Below are positions 40,846 to 54,060 of a stretch of 64,000 nucleotides of DNA, piece by piece. Source of the stretch: Eledone cirrhosa (lineage: Eukaryota); contig OZ024753.1 of the NCBI GenBank assembly GCA_964016885.1, positions 10,292,001 through 10,356,000 of the forward strand, in the 5' to 3' direction. The notes beneath the pieces are model-generated. The model was not told the origin of the DNA, made no database searches, and saw only the letters and a list, made by a program, of their open reading frames with translations. The position numbers and the translations under genes were made by a program. Every line of letters starts with the position of its first letter. The stretch's first letter is position 1.

Positions 40846-41190
40846 AAGCTCATCAGCCAGTACTTATCCCGGTTTCATGGCGTGAAGCGACAGAGAGTAG
40901 TAGACTACCCCTGGACAGGACGCTAGTTCATCGCAGGGTTAAAGACTGCCCCAAGCATCTACAAGCTCATCAGCCAGTACTTATCCCGGTTTCATGGCAT
41001 TAAGCGACTGAGAGTACAAGACTCACCCCTAGACAGGACGTCAATCCATCGCAGGGTTAAACCCCCAGCTATTGATGGTACTCATTTTCAGCTGAGTATA
41101 CTGGAGCAACGTGAAATCAAGTGTTTTTTTTTTTTTGCTCAAGAACACAACTCACAACTCAGCCCAGGAATCAAACCCACAACTTTATGA
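40846..41190 (-). mobile_element. SINE family B with a duplicated ~117-bp 3' segment
   Basis: GCTCATCAGCCAGTACTTATCCCGGTTTCATGGC occurs twice; minus strand CCCTGCGATGGA..CCTGTC.AGGGG. Confidence 0.7.
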
Positions 41191-41200
41191 TCTTTATTAT

Positions 41201-41381
41201 AATTGTTTCTACTTTTGGCAGAAGGCCAGCAATTATCCCAGTGCATTACTGGTACTTTATTTTATCGACTCCGTAAGGATGAAAGGCAAAGTTAACCTCG
41301 ACGGGATTTGAACTCAGAATGGCAAGGGCCGTAACTCTATGGGTCAAAGCATGGCGTCCGACCCTCTACCGATACCGCCAA
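41201..41381 (-). mobile_element. SINE family A
   Basis: Head, core and tail present. Confidence 0.9.
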
Positions 41382-42032
41382 TCAATCACGTACTGTAATA
41401 TGTGTTGCAGTGTCATGTTGGACATGTATGTAACAACCGACACACAATTGTACTTGTGCATCCGATTTTTATATTTATATTGTAATTTTTATATCACATT
41501 GATTGCTTGAAGAAGATTCTTTTGTGTTCGAAATTTTAGTTCCATTATGATGAAGAGGGTTTTCCTCTCAGTTTGGTGTTTTTGTAATATATTATTACTG
41601 TGGTTTTGTGGTTAAGTGTGATATGTTGAATTCCTCTGTAAAGACCTCTGATCATTTTATTTATGGGATATATCATGTAAATACAGTTTAATAGAAAATG
41701 AAAAACAAAAAATTTAGATTGAGAAGTACGGAATGTAAAATAATAAAATATAAAGAAAAAAGGGAAAAAGAAAAAAGTATCGGAAAAAGGAATGGCAAGG
41801 ACTCTAGTGCCACAGAAGAATAGGGAGGAGGAAGGTGGAAGGTGATTGAGCTCTGGACCTAGAACGCGGGGGTAAAGGGGATGCGCCCCACGGACAAGAC
41901 TGAATAAGCATTCCCGTGGACAATAGCCAGTGACCCCCGCTGCAAGAGCCACCCATCTCGCAGGGCTCCCACCTAAGATGGTATCTCACAAAACACGCGG
42001 AAAGTTTTCACGGAGGTTTTAGTAATTTTCGT

Positions 42033-42634
42033 GACGCTAAACTCCGCCAGTTGTAGACTGCACATTAACATATGATATCTCTCTCCACAAAGTTCCAACA
42101 GCAGAGTTTAAAGAGCAAAGATCAAGTCCAGTCCATAAGTTGACATTATCAATCCATCGTTTTGGTTGCCGGTCTCTGCTTCTATTACCAGTCAACCTTC
42201 CTTCCAGGAATATATAATACCTTTCCATCACCAGCAGCAGAGTTTAAAGAGCAAAGATCAAGTCCAGTCCATAAGTTGACATTATCAAGCCATCGTTTTG
42301 GCTGCCGGCCTCTGCTTCTCTTACAAGCCAAACTTCCTTCCGGGAATATATAATACCTTTCGATCACCAACAGCAGAGTTTAAAGAGCAAAGATCAAGTC
42401 CAGTCCATAAGTTGACATTATCAAGCCATCGTTTTGGCTACCGGCCTCTGCTTCTCCTACCAGCCAACCTTCCTTCCAAGCATAACCTATTCACACCACG
42501 AGTTGATCTTTTTATATGACCGTATAGTTTGAGTACTCTTGACTTGACAATTGATGTAATTGGTAATTGCTCTAAGTCTGATAATGTTGAGCAGCTCACT
42601 GATACAGATACGGTCGCTGAGCCGCTTGCCAGTC
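42033..42634 (-). pseudogene. 5'-truncated RTE-clade LINE with a triplicated 136-bp 3' segment
   Basis: ITSIVKSRVLKLYGHIKR..CLEGRLAGRRSRGR(QPKRWLDNV); homologous to 53354-54060. Confidence 0.85.
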
Positions 42635-42936
42635 TAGCAAGATTCAAACAAAAATCAATACATTTGAAATATACCATGAAATCTTAACCGTTGAATAATC
42701 CCTAGATTTGTAGATTTTATTAGTATTCCAATAACCGTTTATGAACTATATATTGCAAAGCTCACGAGATTATGAAACTGGGGAGAGTTTCGAACGAGAT
42801 TAGTCAAAAGTTTAGGAACTCTACGTATTTGATGAAACTAAACATAAAGGAGTTTAAGGAAATATGAAAAAATTCTCTCTAAAAATAGATTAAACTCCAA
42901 CTAAGTCATACCTTTAATATTAATATGAATTACACA

Positions 42937-43013
<77 letters not shown>

Positions 43014-43294
43014 ATATACACACACACTCACACACACTCACACACACTTATATTATATTTGAATACGCTGGTGCGTATTGTAAATGAGTTTATGTATGTA
43101 TATGTATGAATAAATGTATGTATATATATGCATGTATATATATATATATATGTGTGTGTGTACGTATATGTGTATGTATATATTTATATATGTATGTATA
43201 TACTTATGTGTGTATGTATATGTGTATATGTATGTATGTATGTGTATATGTGTGTAAGTATATGAATATGTGTGTATATGTACGTATGTACATA

Positions 43295-43334
<40 letters not shown>

Positions 43335-43499
43335 CATACATACATACATATATATACACATACATACACTACCAACCACATCTTGCCTTCTCTATTCCTT
43401 TAGACATTCATCTTCTGTTTTAAACAAATAACAAATATGTCTGAAACAATATTGATTCCGCTTCTTTTACAACTCGTAGTTTCACGTGAATTAACAAAA

Positions 43500-44150
43500 A
43501 CGACAGCAACAACAACAACAACAACAACAACAAAACAACAGTAACGACAACAACAACAACAGTAACAACAACAGCAACAACAACGACAGCAGCAGCAACA
43601 ACAACAGCAACAATAATAATATCACTGTTTCTACTTTTGGCACAAGACCAGCAAATTACCCCCAGTACATTACTGGTACTTTATTTTATCGACCCCGTAA
43701 GGATGAAAGGCAAAGTTAACCTCGGCGGGATTTGAACTCAGACCGTAAAGGGACGTAACTCTTTGCTTCAAAGCATGGCGTCCAACCCTCTACCGATACT
43801 GCCAATCCAAAAATAATAATAATAACAAGAACAACGACAATAATAACAACAAAAACAACAATAGAAACAACAACGACAGCAACGACAGCAACAACAACGA
43901 CAACAACAACGACAACAACAACAGCAACAACGACAACAGCAACAATAATAATATCACTGTTTCTACTTTTGGCAAAAAGACCAGCAAATTACCCGCAGTA
44001 CATTACTGGTACTTTATTTTATCGACCCCCCATAAGGATGAAAGGCAAAGTTAACCTCTGCGGAGATTTGAACTCAGAATGGCAAGGGCCGTAACTCTAT
44101 GCGTCAAAGCATGGCGTCCGTCCGACCCTCTACCGATACTGCCAATTCAA
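43500..44150 (-). mobile_element. Two tandem SINE-A copies (43625-43809, 43956-44148), each preceded by (CAA)n-AATAATATCAC
   Basis: The same flank precedes both copies, indicating a local ~330-bp duplication. Confidence 0.85.
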
Positions 44151-44433
44151 ATATAACATAGATCAACAAGAATAACAGTAACAACAAGAACAACGACATC
44201 AGCAACAGCAACAACAATAATATAACATAGATCAACAACAACAGTAACAATAACAATAATAAAACGAAGATAATAACGATAACACCATTAACGACATCAA
44301 AATAAGAAGTGTCACAAAAAGAGATTCTCTGAGTAACTGAAACGAGAATAAATATGTCGCATATTTCTTCATGGTTGGTTTACTCTGTCAGTCGGCCATT
44401 GTTATTTCTGCCTGTTTAGATATATTTACATAC

Positions 44434-44479
44434 CTACTGCTGCTGCTGCTGCTGCTGTGCTGCTACTACTACTACTACA

Positions 44480-44525
<46 letters not shown>

Positions 44526-44720
44526 TTACTATTACTACTACTGCTACCGCTACTACTGCTACTATTACTACTCCTGCTACTACTACCACTACTATTATTA
44601 CTACCACTAACTACTACTACTACCACCACCACTATTATCACTACTACTACTACTACCACTACTTCTACTACTACCACCGCCACCACCATTACTATTACTA
44701 ATACTGCTACTACTACGACC

Positions 44721-44752
<32 letters not shown>

Positions 44753-44867
44753 AACCACTACTACTACAACCACTACTTCTACTACTACCAACACCACCAC
44801 CATTACCACCACCATTACTACTACTACTATTACTACTACTATTACTACTACTGCTACTACTACGACT

Positions 44868-44903
<36 letters not shown>

Positions 44904-45105
44904 GCTAGTACTATTACTACTACTACTACTGCTACTACTACTACGACCACTACTACCACGACCACCACCACTACTACTATTACTACCCCTACTATTACTA
45001 CTACTACTATTACTACTACTACTACTATTACTACTACTACTGCTACTACGACTACTACTACCACCACTACCACCACTACTACTACCCCTACTATTACTAC
45101 TACTT
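44434..45105. repeat. (CTG)n/(CTA)n microsatellite
   Basis: Seen directly. Confidence 0.95.
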
Positions 45106-45517
45106 ACAACAATGATAATTTAATACACAAATCTATGATATATACATTTTGAGGCGAGGTTTTAGTTGATTAAATCCACGTCAACCCAAGTATTTGACTG
45201 GTTCTATATTTTATTGACCCGAAAAGAACGAAACTTGGAATTGGTGGGATTTGTACTCAAATCTAAAATAACCAGCTCAAATACCGCAAGGCATTTTGTC
45301 GGATATTCTAAAGGTTCTGCCAATCAACTCCCCTAATATTATTCTGTAATTTAGGCACAAGGCCAGAAGTATGAGTGGGAGGAGAAGGTCAATTATATGG
45401 CCCCAGTACTTATTGTTTTCGACCCCGGATGGATTTAAAGCAAAGTTGATCGCGACGGGATTTGAACGAAGTACCGCAAAGCATTTTGCCCTCAATCAAC
45501 AACGGTTTCTAATTTAA

Positions 45518-46538
45518 CCCTTTAGCATTTACATTACTATATATATACTATGGCGGTGGATTGGCAGTGTCGGTAGAGAGTCGGACACCATGCTTTGCAG
45601 CCTAGAGTTACGGTCCTTTACGGTCTGAGTTCAAATCCCGCCCAGATTAACTTTGCCTTTCATCCTTTAGGGATCGATAAAATAAAGTACCAGTAATGCA
45701 CTGGGATAATTTCTGACCTTGTGCCAAAATTAGAAACAATTACTCTATATATACTATTGTATTTTCACGGTAAAGGCTTTACCTCACATATTTATCTCAC
45801 ATAATATCTCACATAACATTTACATTACTCTATATATACTATTGTATTTTCACGGTAAAGGCTTTACCTCACATATTTATCCCACATAATATCTCACATA
45901 ACATTTACATTACTCTATATATACTATTGTATTTTCACGGTAAAGGCTTTACCTCACATATTTATCTCACATAATATCTCACATAACATTTACATTACTC
46001 TATATATACTATTGTATTTTCACGGTAAAGGCTTTACCTCACATATTTATCCCACATAATATCTCACATAACATTTACATTACACTATATATACTATTGT
46101 ATTTTCATGGTAAAGGCTTTACCTCACATATTTATCCCACAATATCTCACATAACATTTACATTACTCTATATATACTATTGTATTTTCATGGTAAAGGC
46201 TTTACCTCACATATTTATCCCACATAATATCTCACATAACATTTACATTACTCTATATATACTATTGTATTTTCATGGTAAAGGCTTTACCTCACATATT
46301 TATCCCACATAATATCTCACATAACATTTACATTACTCTATATATACTATTGTATTTTCATGGTAAAGGCTTTATCTCACATATTTATTCCACATAATAT
46401 CGAATCTATGAGATTTTGATATTATTTATTTTGAGAACAATACCTTAACATTAGTATGAGTAGCTGGTTACGGCCGTTTTGAACAGAAAGAGGTAAGAGA
46501 GTTTTTGGCCGGATATGGCCGGTTTAAATGCTAAAGGG
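45518..46538. mobile_element. piggyBac-type MITE expanded by a nested SINE-A (45550-45738, plus) and an 85-bp minisatellite (45740-46400, ~8 copies)
   Basis: Perfect 14-bp TIR CCCTTTAGCATTTA/TAAATGCTAAAGGG with TTAA TSDs; period 85 (45781, 45866, 45951). Confidence 0.88.
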
Positions 46539-46967
46539 TTAAGCGCAAGGTCAACAACTAAGAGGAGGGGAAAGTCGATTATATCGACTTCAGGACTTTA
46601 CTTTTTTTTTATTTTATCAACCTTGGAAGGAAGGATGAAAGGCAAAATTGACCTCGACGGGATTTGAACGAAATATTGTAAAACAACGGAAGGTGAGAAG
46701 GCAATCTTCTCCATGACTCGGCCGAGAACCAGAGTTTTTCCCTAACGCGACAACAGCTATTCCACAAAATTCCAGAAGTCAGCAATGCCCGGATATTGAA
46801 CAATTTGAACGAATGAGCGAAGAACGTTTTCATTGCTATGCGCAGATCTTGGACCGATCCGACTGAGAACATTGCAGTTGTCGTTCCCCACTGGAGGTTC
46901 ACCACCTAGAGCCAATGAAAGAGCACATCCTCTATATCTATAGTTACTCTGACTACCAAGGGTAAGT

Positions 46968-49200
46968 GCTCTCACAGAGCTCTCAATCCCTGGCCAACAA
47001 GCACATTCTCTCACAAAGCTCTCATTCCTTGGCCAACAAGTACATTCTCTCAAAGAGCTCCCATTCCTTGGCCAGCAAGTACATTCTCTCACAAAGCTCT
47101 CATTCCTTGGCCAACAAGTACATTCTCTCACAGAGCTCTCATTCCCTGGCCAACAAGTACATTCTCTCACAAAGCTCTCATTCCCTGGCCAACAAGTACA
47201 TTCTCTTATAGAGCTCTCATTCCCTAGCCAGCAAGTACATTCTCTCACAGAGCTCTCATTCCCTGGCCAACAAGTACATTCTCTCACAGAGCTCTCATTC
47301 CCTGGCCAACAAGTACATTCTCTCACAGAGCTCTCATTCCCTGGCCAACAAGTACATTCTCTCACAGAGCTCTCATTCCCTGGCCAACAAGTACAAAGCT
47401 CTCATTCCTTGGCCAACAAGTACATTCTCTCAAAGAGCTCCCATTCCTTGGCCAGCAAGTACATTCTCTCACAGAGCTCTCATTCCCTGGCCAGCAAGTA
47501 CATTCTCTCACAAAGCTCTCATTCCCTAGCCAACAAGTACATTCTCTCACAGAGCTCTCATTCCCTGGCCAACAAGTACATTCTCTCACAGAGCTCTCAT
47601 TCCCTGGCCAACAAGTACATTCTCTCACAGAGCTCTCATTCCCTGGCCAACAAGTACATTCTCTCACAAAGCTCTCATTCCCTGGCCAACAAGTACATTC
47701 TCTCACAGAGCTCTCATTCCCTGGCCAACAAGTACAAAGCTCTCATTCCTTGGCCAACAAGTACATTCTCTCAAAGAGCTCCCATTCCTTGGCCAGCAAG
47801 TACATTCTCTCACAGAGCTCTCATTCCCTGGCCAGCAAGTACATTCTCTCACAAAGCTCTCATTCCCTGGCCAACAAGTACATTCTCTCACAGAGCTCTC
47901 ATTCCCTGGCCAACAAGTACATTCTCTCACAGAGCTCTCATTCCCTGGCCAACAAGTACATTCTCTCACAAAGCTCTCATTCCCTGGCCAACAAGTACAT
48001 TCTCTCACAGAGCTCTCATTCCCTGGCCAACAAGTACAAAGCTCTCATTCCTTGGCCAACAAGTACATTCTCTCAAAGAGCTCCCATTCCTTGGCCAGCA
48101 AGTACATTCTCTCACAGAGCTCTCATTCCCTGGCCAGCAAGTACATTCTCTCACAAAGCTCTCATTCCCTAGCCAACAAGTACATTCTCTCACAGAGCTC
48201 TCATTCCCTGGCCAACAAGTACATTCTCTCACAGAGCTCTCATTCCCTGGCCAACAAGTACATTCTCTCACAAAGCTCTCATTCCCTGGCCAACAAGTAC
48301 ATTCTCTCATAGAGCTCTCATTCCCTGGCCAACAAGTACATTCTCTCACAGAGCTCCCATTCCCTGGCCAACAAGTACATTCTCTCACAGAGCTCTCATT
48401 CCCTGGCCAACAAGTACATTCTCTCACAGAGCTCTCATTCCCTGGCCAACAAGTACATTCTCTCACAGAGCTCTCATTCCCTGGCCAACAAGTACATTCT
48501 CTCACAGAGCTCCCATTCCCTGGCCAACAAGTACATTCTCTTATAGAGCTCTCATTCCCTGGCCAACAAGTACATTCTCTCACAGAGCTCTCATTCCCTG
48601 GCCAACAAGTACATTCTCTCACAGAGCTCTCATTCCCTGGCCAACAAGTACAAAGCTCTCATTCCCTGGCCAACAAGTACATTCTCTCACAGAGCTCTCA
48701 TTCCCTGGCCAACAAGTACAAAGCTCTTATTCTCTGGCCAACAAGTACATTCTCTCACAGAGCTCTCATTCCCTGGCCAACAAGTACAAAGCTCTTATTC
48801 TCTGGCCAACAAGTACATTCTCTCACAGAGCTCTCATTCCCTGGCCAACAAGTACAAAGCTCTTATTCTCTGGCCAACAAGTACATTCTCTCACAGAGCT
48901 CTCATTCCCTGGCCAACAAGTACAAAGCTCTTATTCTCTGGCCAACAAGTACATTCTTTCACAGAGCTCTCATTCCCTGGCCAACAAGTACAAAGCTCTT
49001 ATTCTCTGGCCAACAAGTACATTCTCTCACAGAGCTCTCATTCCCTGGCCAACAAGTACAAAGCTCTTATTCTCTGGCCAACAAGTACATTCTCTCACAG
49101 AGCTCTCATTCCCTGGCCAACAAGTACATTCTCTCACAGAGCTCTCATTCCCTGGCCAACAAGTACAAAGCTCCCATTCCTTGGCCAACAAGCACATTCT
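46968..49200. repeat. 39-bp minisatellite (~60 units) with 29-bp deletion variants and higher-order structure
   Basis: Unit CTCTCACAGAGCTCTCATTCCCTGGCCAACAAGTACATT. Confidence 0.97.
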
Positions 49201-49658
49201 GAATGTAGGCTCATTCATGCGTACATGATGGTTCCTCGCACTCCCACATTTATCTTCAGACCACCATCCCACAATCTCACCACACTACCCAATGTTTTCA
49301 TTTTTCTGTAGAAGCTTAGTGTTGTGAACAACCGCATTAATCTTACCAACTTAAGAAACCCTGTAAAAGTGAGAAACAATGTTTCGTCTCCCATGACTAA
49401 CTTACCCGTATGTTTACAAAATAAACAATTTGAGGCAATGTTATAGAATGTTGTAGGAAATAAAGATGCAGTGTTTGTGTAACGTAAAATTTACATCCGC
49501 CATTTTTAACCGAGGAGAAAATTCCTCACCACCACCCAAATTTTAGAATTACATGGGGAAATTTGGGGATTGATTTTAAGTTGAAAAACTATTTATCATA
49601 TTCGCACTGTTGTTTGTTAACGGTTTATTTTGTTTAATGTTGCTTTTAAGGATGTTAA

Positions 49659-49887
49659 TCTCTCTATATAAAAAGAAAATGTCTGTCTGTGTGTATGTAG
49701 TCAATGCATGTCCACAGTTTCCATCCGATTTTATTCAAATTTCATACATAGGTTATTTAGCTACCGGAGCATGTCAACATATAACTTAAATCTTTATCTC
49801 CCCTAAAATAGCAGAGGTCTGGGGCTATTTAAAGATGACCATGTTGATGAGAGAGGGGTTCCTTATTTACAGTGGCTCTTTTGCTAG
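49659..49887 (+). mobile_element. Short non-autonomous Helitron-like element
   Basis: A|TC..TATATAAAAAG..GTCTGTCTGT 5' end and CTAG|T 3' end; subterminal hairpin not evident. Confidence 0.45.
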
Positions 49888-50054
49888 TAAAATATAAAGC
49901 TGTTAATGTTATGGAATAATTTACACACTGTACAAGACTACTATCTTATTGTATGGTGTACTGGAAAAGAAAAGACTAAGAAACATTGGTCTAGTAAAAA
50001 TAAGGCTGATTCGAGGTCTGTGATGGTATAGAAATGTGTGTGGTGAGGGGTATT

Positions 50055-50855
50055 CCCTTCAATTCATCTTATTTCTCATTCTTTCTTCTGATAAAGGACT
50101 AGCGTCCGAAACGTTAAGATCCTCTTCCTGCTATTTCAAGCGTTATCCTAATATACGTCTTCCATATACTGTATCGATTGTGTTGTTATTTCTGTTTACC
50201 TTATACATACATATATATATATCAACGTTTACGTGGACCTCTCAAATTCGTTGGATTTTCAAATTAGATTTTCACCCTGAAACTGGATATAAACCCGGAG
50301 TTTACCTGAACATCCACCAGGAAATCTTTTCATATCACTGAAATTTTCTTTACTTCTTGCATTATTTTTGCCTTTCATCCTTACGGGGTCGATAAAATAA
50401 AGTACCAGTAATGCACTGGGTTATTGCTGGCCTTGTGCCAAAAGTAGAAACAATTATTTAAATATACCACGACTCTCTACCACCTTTCCTCTACTATAAT
50501 CTTCTTACACCACCTTCTATTCACCCGTCTATTTTTCACTCCCACCCTAGTGCCTTCAATATGCCCAATCTCAAATCTTTTCACCGCCAACTCCATTCTA
50601 TTCTCAAACGCTTCCTCCAACCTCTCCCGGCCCCCTATTTGCATCCAATCCTCCCTGCATCTCTCCAACCTCATCTTCACCAAAACACGATACAACAGTC
50701 ACAGCACATTTTTAAGTCGCTGTCCCCACCACCACCACCACGCTATTCCCCGAGGTTTCCACCTCAAGTTCCACCCCACCTCTTACACTGCTCCCACCAC
50801 TGAGCCCATCCTTACCCACTCCTTTCGCCATCTCATGTGGGCGACTATGAGCTAA
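50055..50855 (+). pseudogene. 5' end of a Penelope-like element: pLTR with hammerhead-like motif plus ORF N-terminus; nested SINE-A at 50368-50456
   Basis: TCTT-CTGATAA-AGGAC-TAGC-GTCC-GAAA-CGT-TA-AGA at 50084-50119; ORF 50550-50855 has TRYNSHSTFLSRC..IPRGFHLKF..IL..LM, like the PLE N-terminal HxxFLxxC..IPKGF motif. Confidence 0.65.
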
Positions 50856-50926
50856 ATTAGACCAGGCAGGGATTCAGATTGCTTTTCATAGACAGCTGCT
50901 CATTCGTACGTCTTTTGTAAAACCAA

Positions 50927-51222
50927 CCCTAGTGTGTTACTGGTACTTTATTTTATCGACTCCGTAAGGATGAAAGACAAAGCTAACCTCGGCGGGATTT
51001 GAACTCAGAACGTAAAGGGCTAGAACTATTCGCCACCAATAATGGTTTCTTATATAGACACAAGGCCAGCAATTTTTTTTTGGTGGGGGGGGGGGGCGAT
51101 TAAATCAACCCTAGTGTATTACTGGTGTACTTTATTTTATCGACCCCGTAAGGATGAAAGGCAAAGCTAACCCCGGCGGGGGTTTGAACTCAGAACGTAA
51201 AGGGCCAGAACTATTCGCCACC
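50927..51222 (-). mobile_element. Two tandem SINE-A-type copies
   Basis: Two cores with the same head variant. Confidence 0.85.
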
Positions 51223-51639
51223 AATAATAACAGTAGCGAACCGTAATAAGTGACATGGGGTTGATTATGACGGGATTATCGTTTACTAGAATTTTAAAGA
51301 CTATCAAAATATTAGGTATGGAGAATAAACAATGGGAATGAGATATTGGCACTTGTCAGACATGATTCTGACCTTCGTGAAAGATAAAGTATGAAGGTGT
51401 CACAGAAGAATGTCAATTTATGTTAGAGGTATTAGAAGTATAATAACTGTTTTGTATTACTTGCCATTTGTTGCTGAATTGTGGCTAATCATTGGTGGAT
51501 TACACAAATTATCTAACCAATCCACATTCTCCATGTTTTCATTATCAATTTAACATCAATTTTCCGTCAACAGATATAAATGTGAGATTTCTTTCATTTA
51601 TCAAAACAAAAGAAGCTACAATTACATGTTACAGCAGAC

Positions 51640-52439
51640 ATATATATATATATATATGTGTGTGTGTGTATGTGTGTGTTTGTGTATATGTGTGTATGTG
51701 TGTGTGTATATATGTGTGTGTGTATGTATGTGTGTTTATATATGTATATATATGTGTGTGTGTATGTGTGTGTTTGTGTATATGTGTGTATGTGTGTGTG
51801 TATATGTGTGTATATGTGTGTGTATGTATGTATGTGTGTGTGTGTATGTATGTGTGTTTATATATGTATATATATGTGTGTGTATGTGTGTGTTTGTGTA
51901 TATATGTGTGTATATGTGTGTATGTATGTATGTGTGTGTGTATGTATGTGTGTTTATATATGTATATATATGTATGTGTGTATGTGTGTGTTTGTGTATG
52001 TGTGTGTATAGATGTGTGTATATGTGTGTGTATGTATGTATGTATGTGTGTGTGTGTATGTATGTATGTGTGTTTATATATGTATATATATGTATGTGTG
52101 TATGTGTGTGTTTGTGTATATGTGTGTGTATAGATGTGTGTATATGTGTGTGTATGTATGTATGTGTGTTTATATATGTATATATATGTGTGTGTATGTG
52201 TGTGTATGTGTGTGTTTGTGTATATGTGTATATGTGTGTGTATATATGTGTGTGTATATGTGTGTGTATGTATGTATGTATGTGTTTTATGTATGTATAT
52301 ATATATATGTATGTGTGTTTATATATGTATATATATATATGTATGTGTGTTTATATATGTATATATGTATGTGTGTGTGTTTATATATGTATATGTATGT
52401 GTGTGTGTGTATATATGTGTATATGGATGTGTGTATGTA

Positions 52440-52470
<31 letters not shown>
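51640..52470. repeat. (TG/TA)n field
   Basis: Seen directly. Confidence 0.95.
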
Positions 52471-52745
52471 GGTGAATTGGTAGAGTGGTTAAGACGTCGA
52501 ATATAATGCTTTACGGTATTCGTCCCACCCCATTGCGCGCTCTGAGTTCAAATCCCGCCATAGTCAACTTTACCTTTCGAGGTCGATAAATAAAGTACCA
52601 GTCCAGTACTGAGTTCGATACTTCCTCTATAGAAAAAAAATCGGTTGTGTTCAGACCTGGAGAGGGTTGGGCTCTGTCAGGTTTAAAAGTGCCCTAGGCA
52701 CCCCCGTTGACGGTGCCTCTACCACTCCACAAGGGATTATGAGAT
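52470..52745 (+). mobile_element. tRNA-derived SINE family C (family-A core, different long 3' tail)
   Basis: Reverse-orientation homologue at 57181-57463. Confidence 0.8.
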
Positions 52746-52781
52746 CTTTAAGTGTATGGACAAACACACATATAAACACAT

Positions 52782-52845
<64 letters not shown>

Positions 52846-52848
<3 letters not shown>

Positions 52849-53003
52849 AACGAGTAGGACCCCGACGGCTGAGCTCAAGCCGTCGAAACGGCTTGAGCTC
52901 AGCCGTCAGGGTCCTACTCGTTCCTATTACCCACTCTACTACCCTAAGTATTGAGAACTTAGGTGCGTTATGGTCCACCTGGTTCCTTACCACATTTCCT
53001 TCG

Positions 53004-53072
<69 letters not shown>

Positions 53073-53282
53073 AATGAGTAGGACCCCGACGGCTGAGCTC
53101 AAGCCGTTTCGACGGCTAATTCTGGACTAAAAATCATTTTTAGTCCAGAATTAGCCGTCGAAACGGCTTGAGCTCAGCCGTCGGGGTCCTACTCGTTCCT
53201 ATTGCCCACTCTACTACCCTAAGTATTGAATACTTTGGTGCGTTATGGTCTATCTGGTTCCTTACCACATTTCCTTCGTTAT
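52846..53282 (+). mobile_element. Family P palindromic elements, copies 5 (52846-53005) and 6 (53070-53282), in tandem in (TA)n
   Basis: Same arms and tail as 26081-26260, with different palindrome centres. Confidence 0.85.
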
Positions 53283-53353
53283 ACATACATACATACATAC
53301 ATACATACATACATACATACATACATACACACAGACTACTATTACTACTACTT

Positions 53354-54060
53354 TGACGCTAAACTCCGCCAGTTGCAGATTCAGCATCAACATGAGATAT
53401 TTTTCTCCACAAAGTTCGATCACCAACAGCAGAGTTTACAGAGCAAAGATCAAGTCCAGTCCATAAGTTGATATTATCAAGCCATCGTTTTGGCTGTCGG
53501 CCTCTGCTTCTCTTACCAGCTAACCTTCCTTCCAGGAATATATAATTGTTTCTACTTTTGGCACAAGGCCAGCAATTACCCAGTGAATTACTGGTACTTT
53601 ATTTTATCGACCCCCGTAAGGATGAAAGGCAAAGTTAACCGCGGCGGGATCAGAATGGCAGGAATATATAATACCTTTCGATCACCAACAGCAGAGTTTA
53701 AAGAGCAAAGATCAAATCCAGTCCATAAGTTGACATTGTCAAGCCATCGTTTTGGCTGCCGGCCTCTGCTTCTCTTACCAGCCAACCTTCCTTCCAGGCA
53801 TAACCTACTCATACCACGAGTTGATCTTTTCATATGACCGTATAGTTTGTGTACTCTTGACTTGACAATTGATGTAATTGGTCTAAGTCTGGTAATGTTG
53901 AGCAGCTCACTGATACAGATACGGTCGCTGAGCCGCTTGCCAGTCATAAATCCCATGATGTGGTTCTGGACTGTAGAGAGCTTCTGAAGTGACCATGCCA
54001 TCCAATTAACACAGTCAAGACCATATAACACAACTGGTAGGATGTAAGTATCGAGGATCC
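53354..54060 (-). pseudogene. 5'-truncated RTE-clade LINE with a nested SINE-A (53547-53658; 14-bp TSD CAGGAATATATAAT)
   Basis: YILPVVLYG..W..LSTVQNHIMGFMTGKRLSDRI..LYGHMKR..EGRLAGKRSRGRQPKRWLDNV; (AGT)n-type tail at 53335-53352. Confidence 0.88.

Noticed and set aside
47409-49202. 597-aa ORF with 13-aa repeats
   Set aside because: The 39-bp satellite is stop-free in multiple frames; frame switches follow the deletion variants
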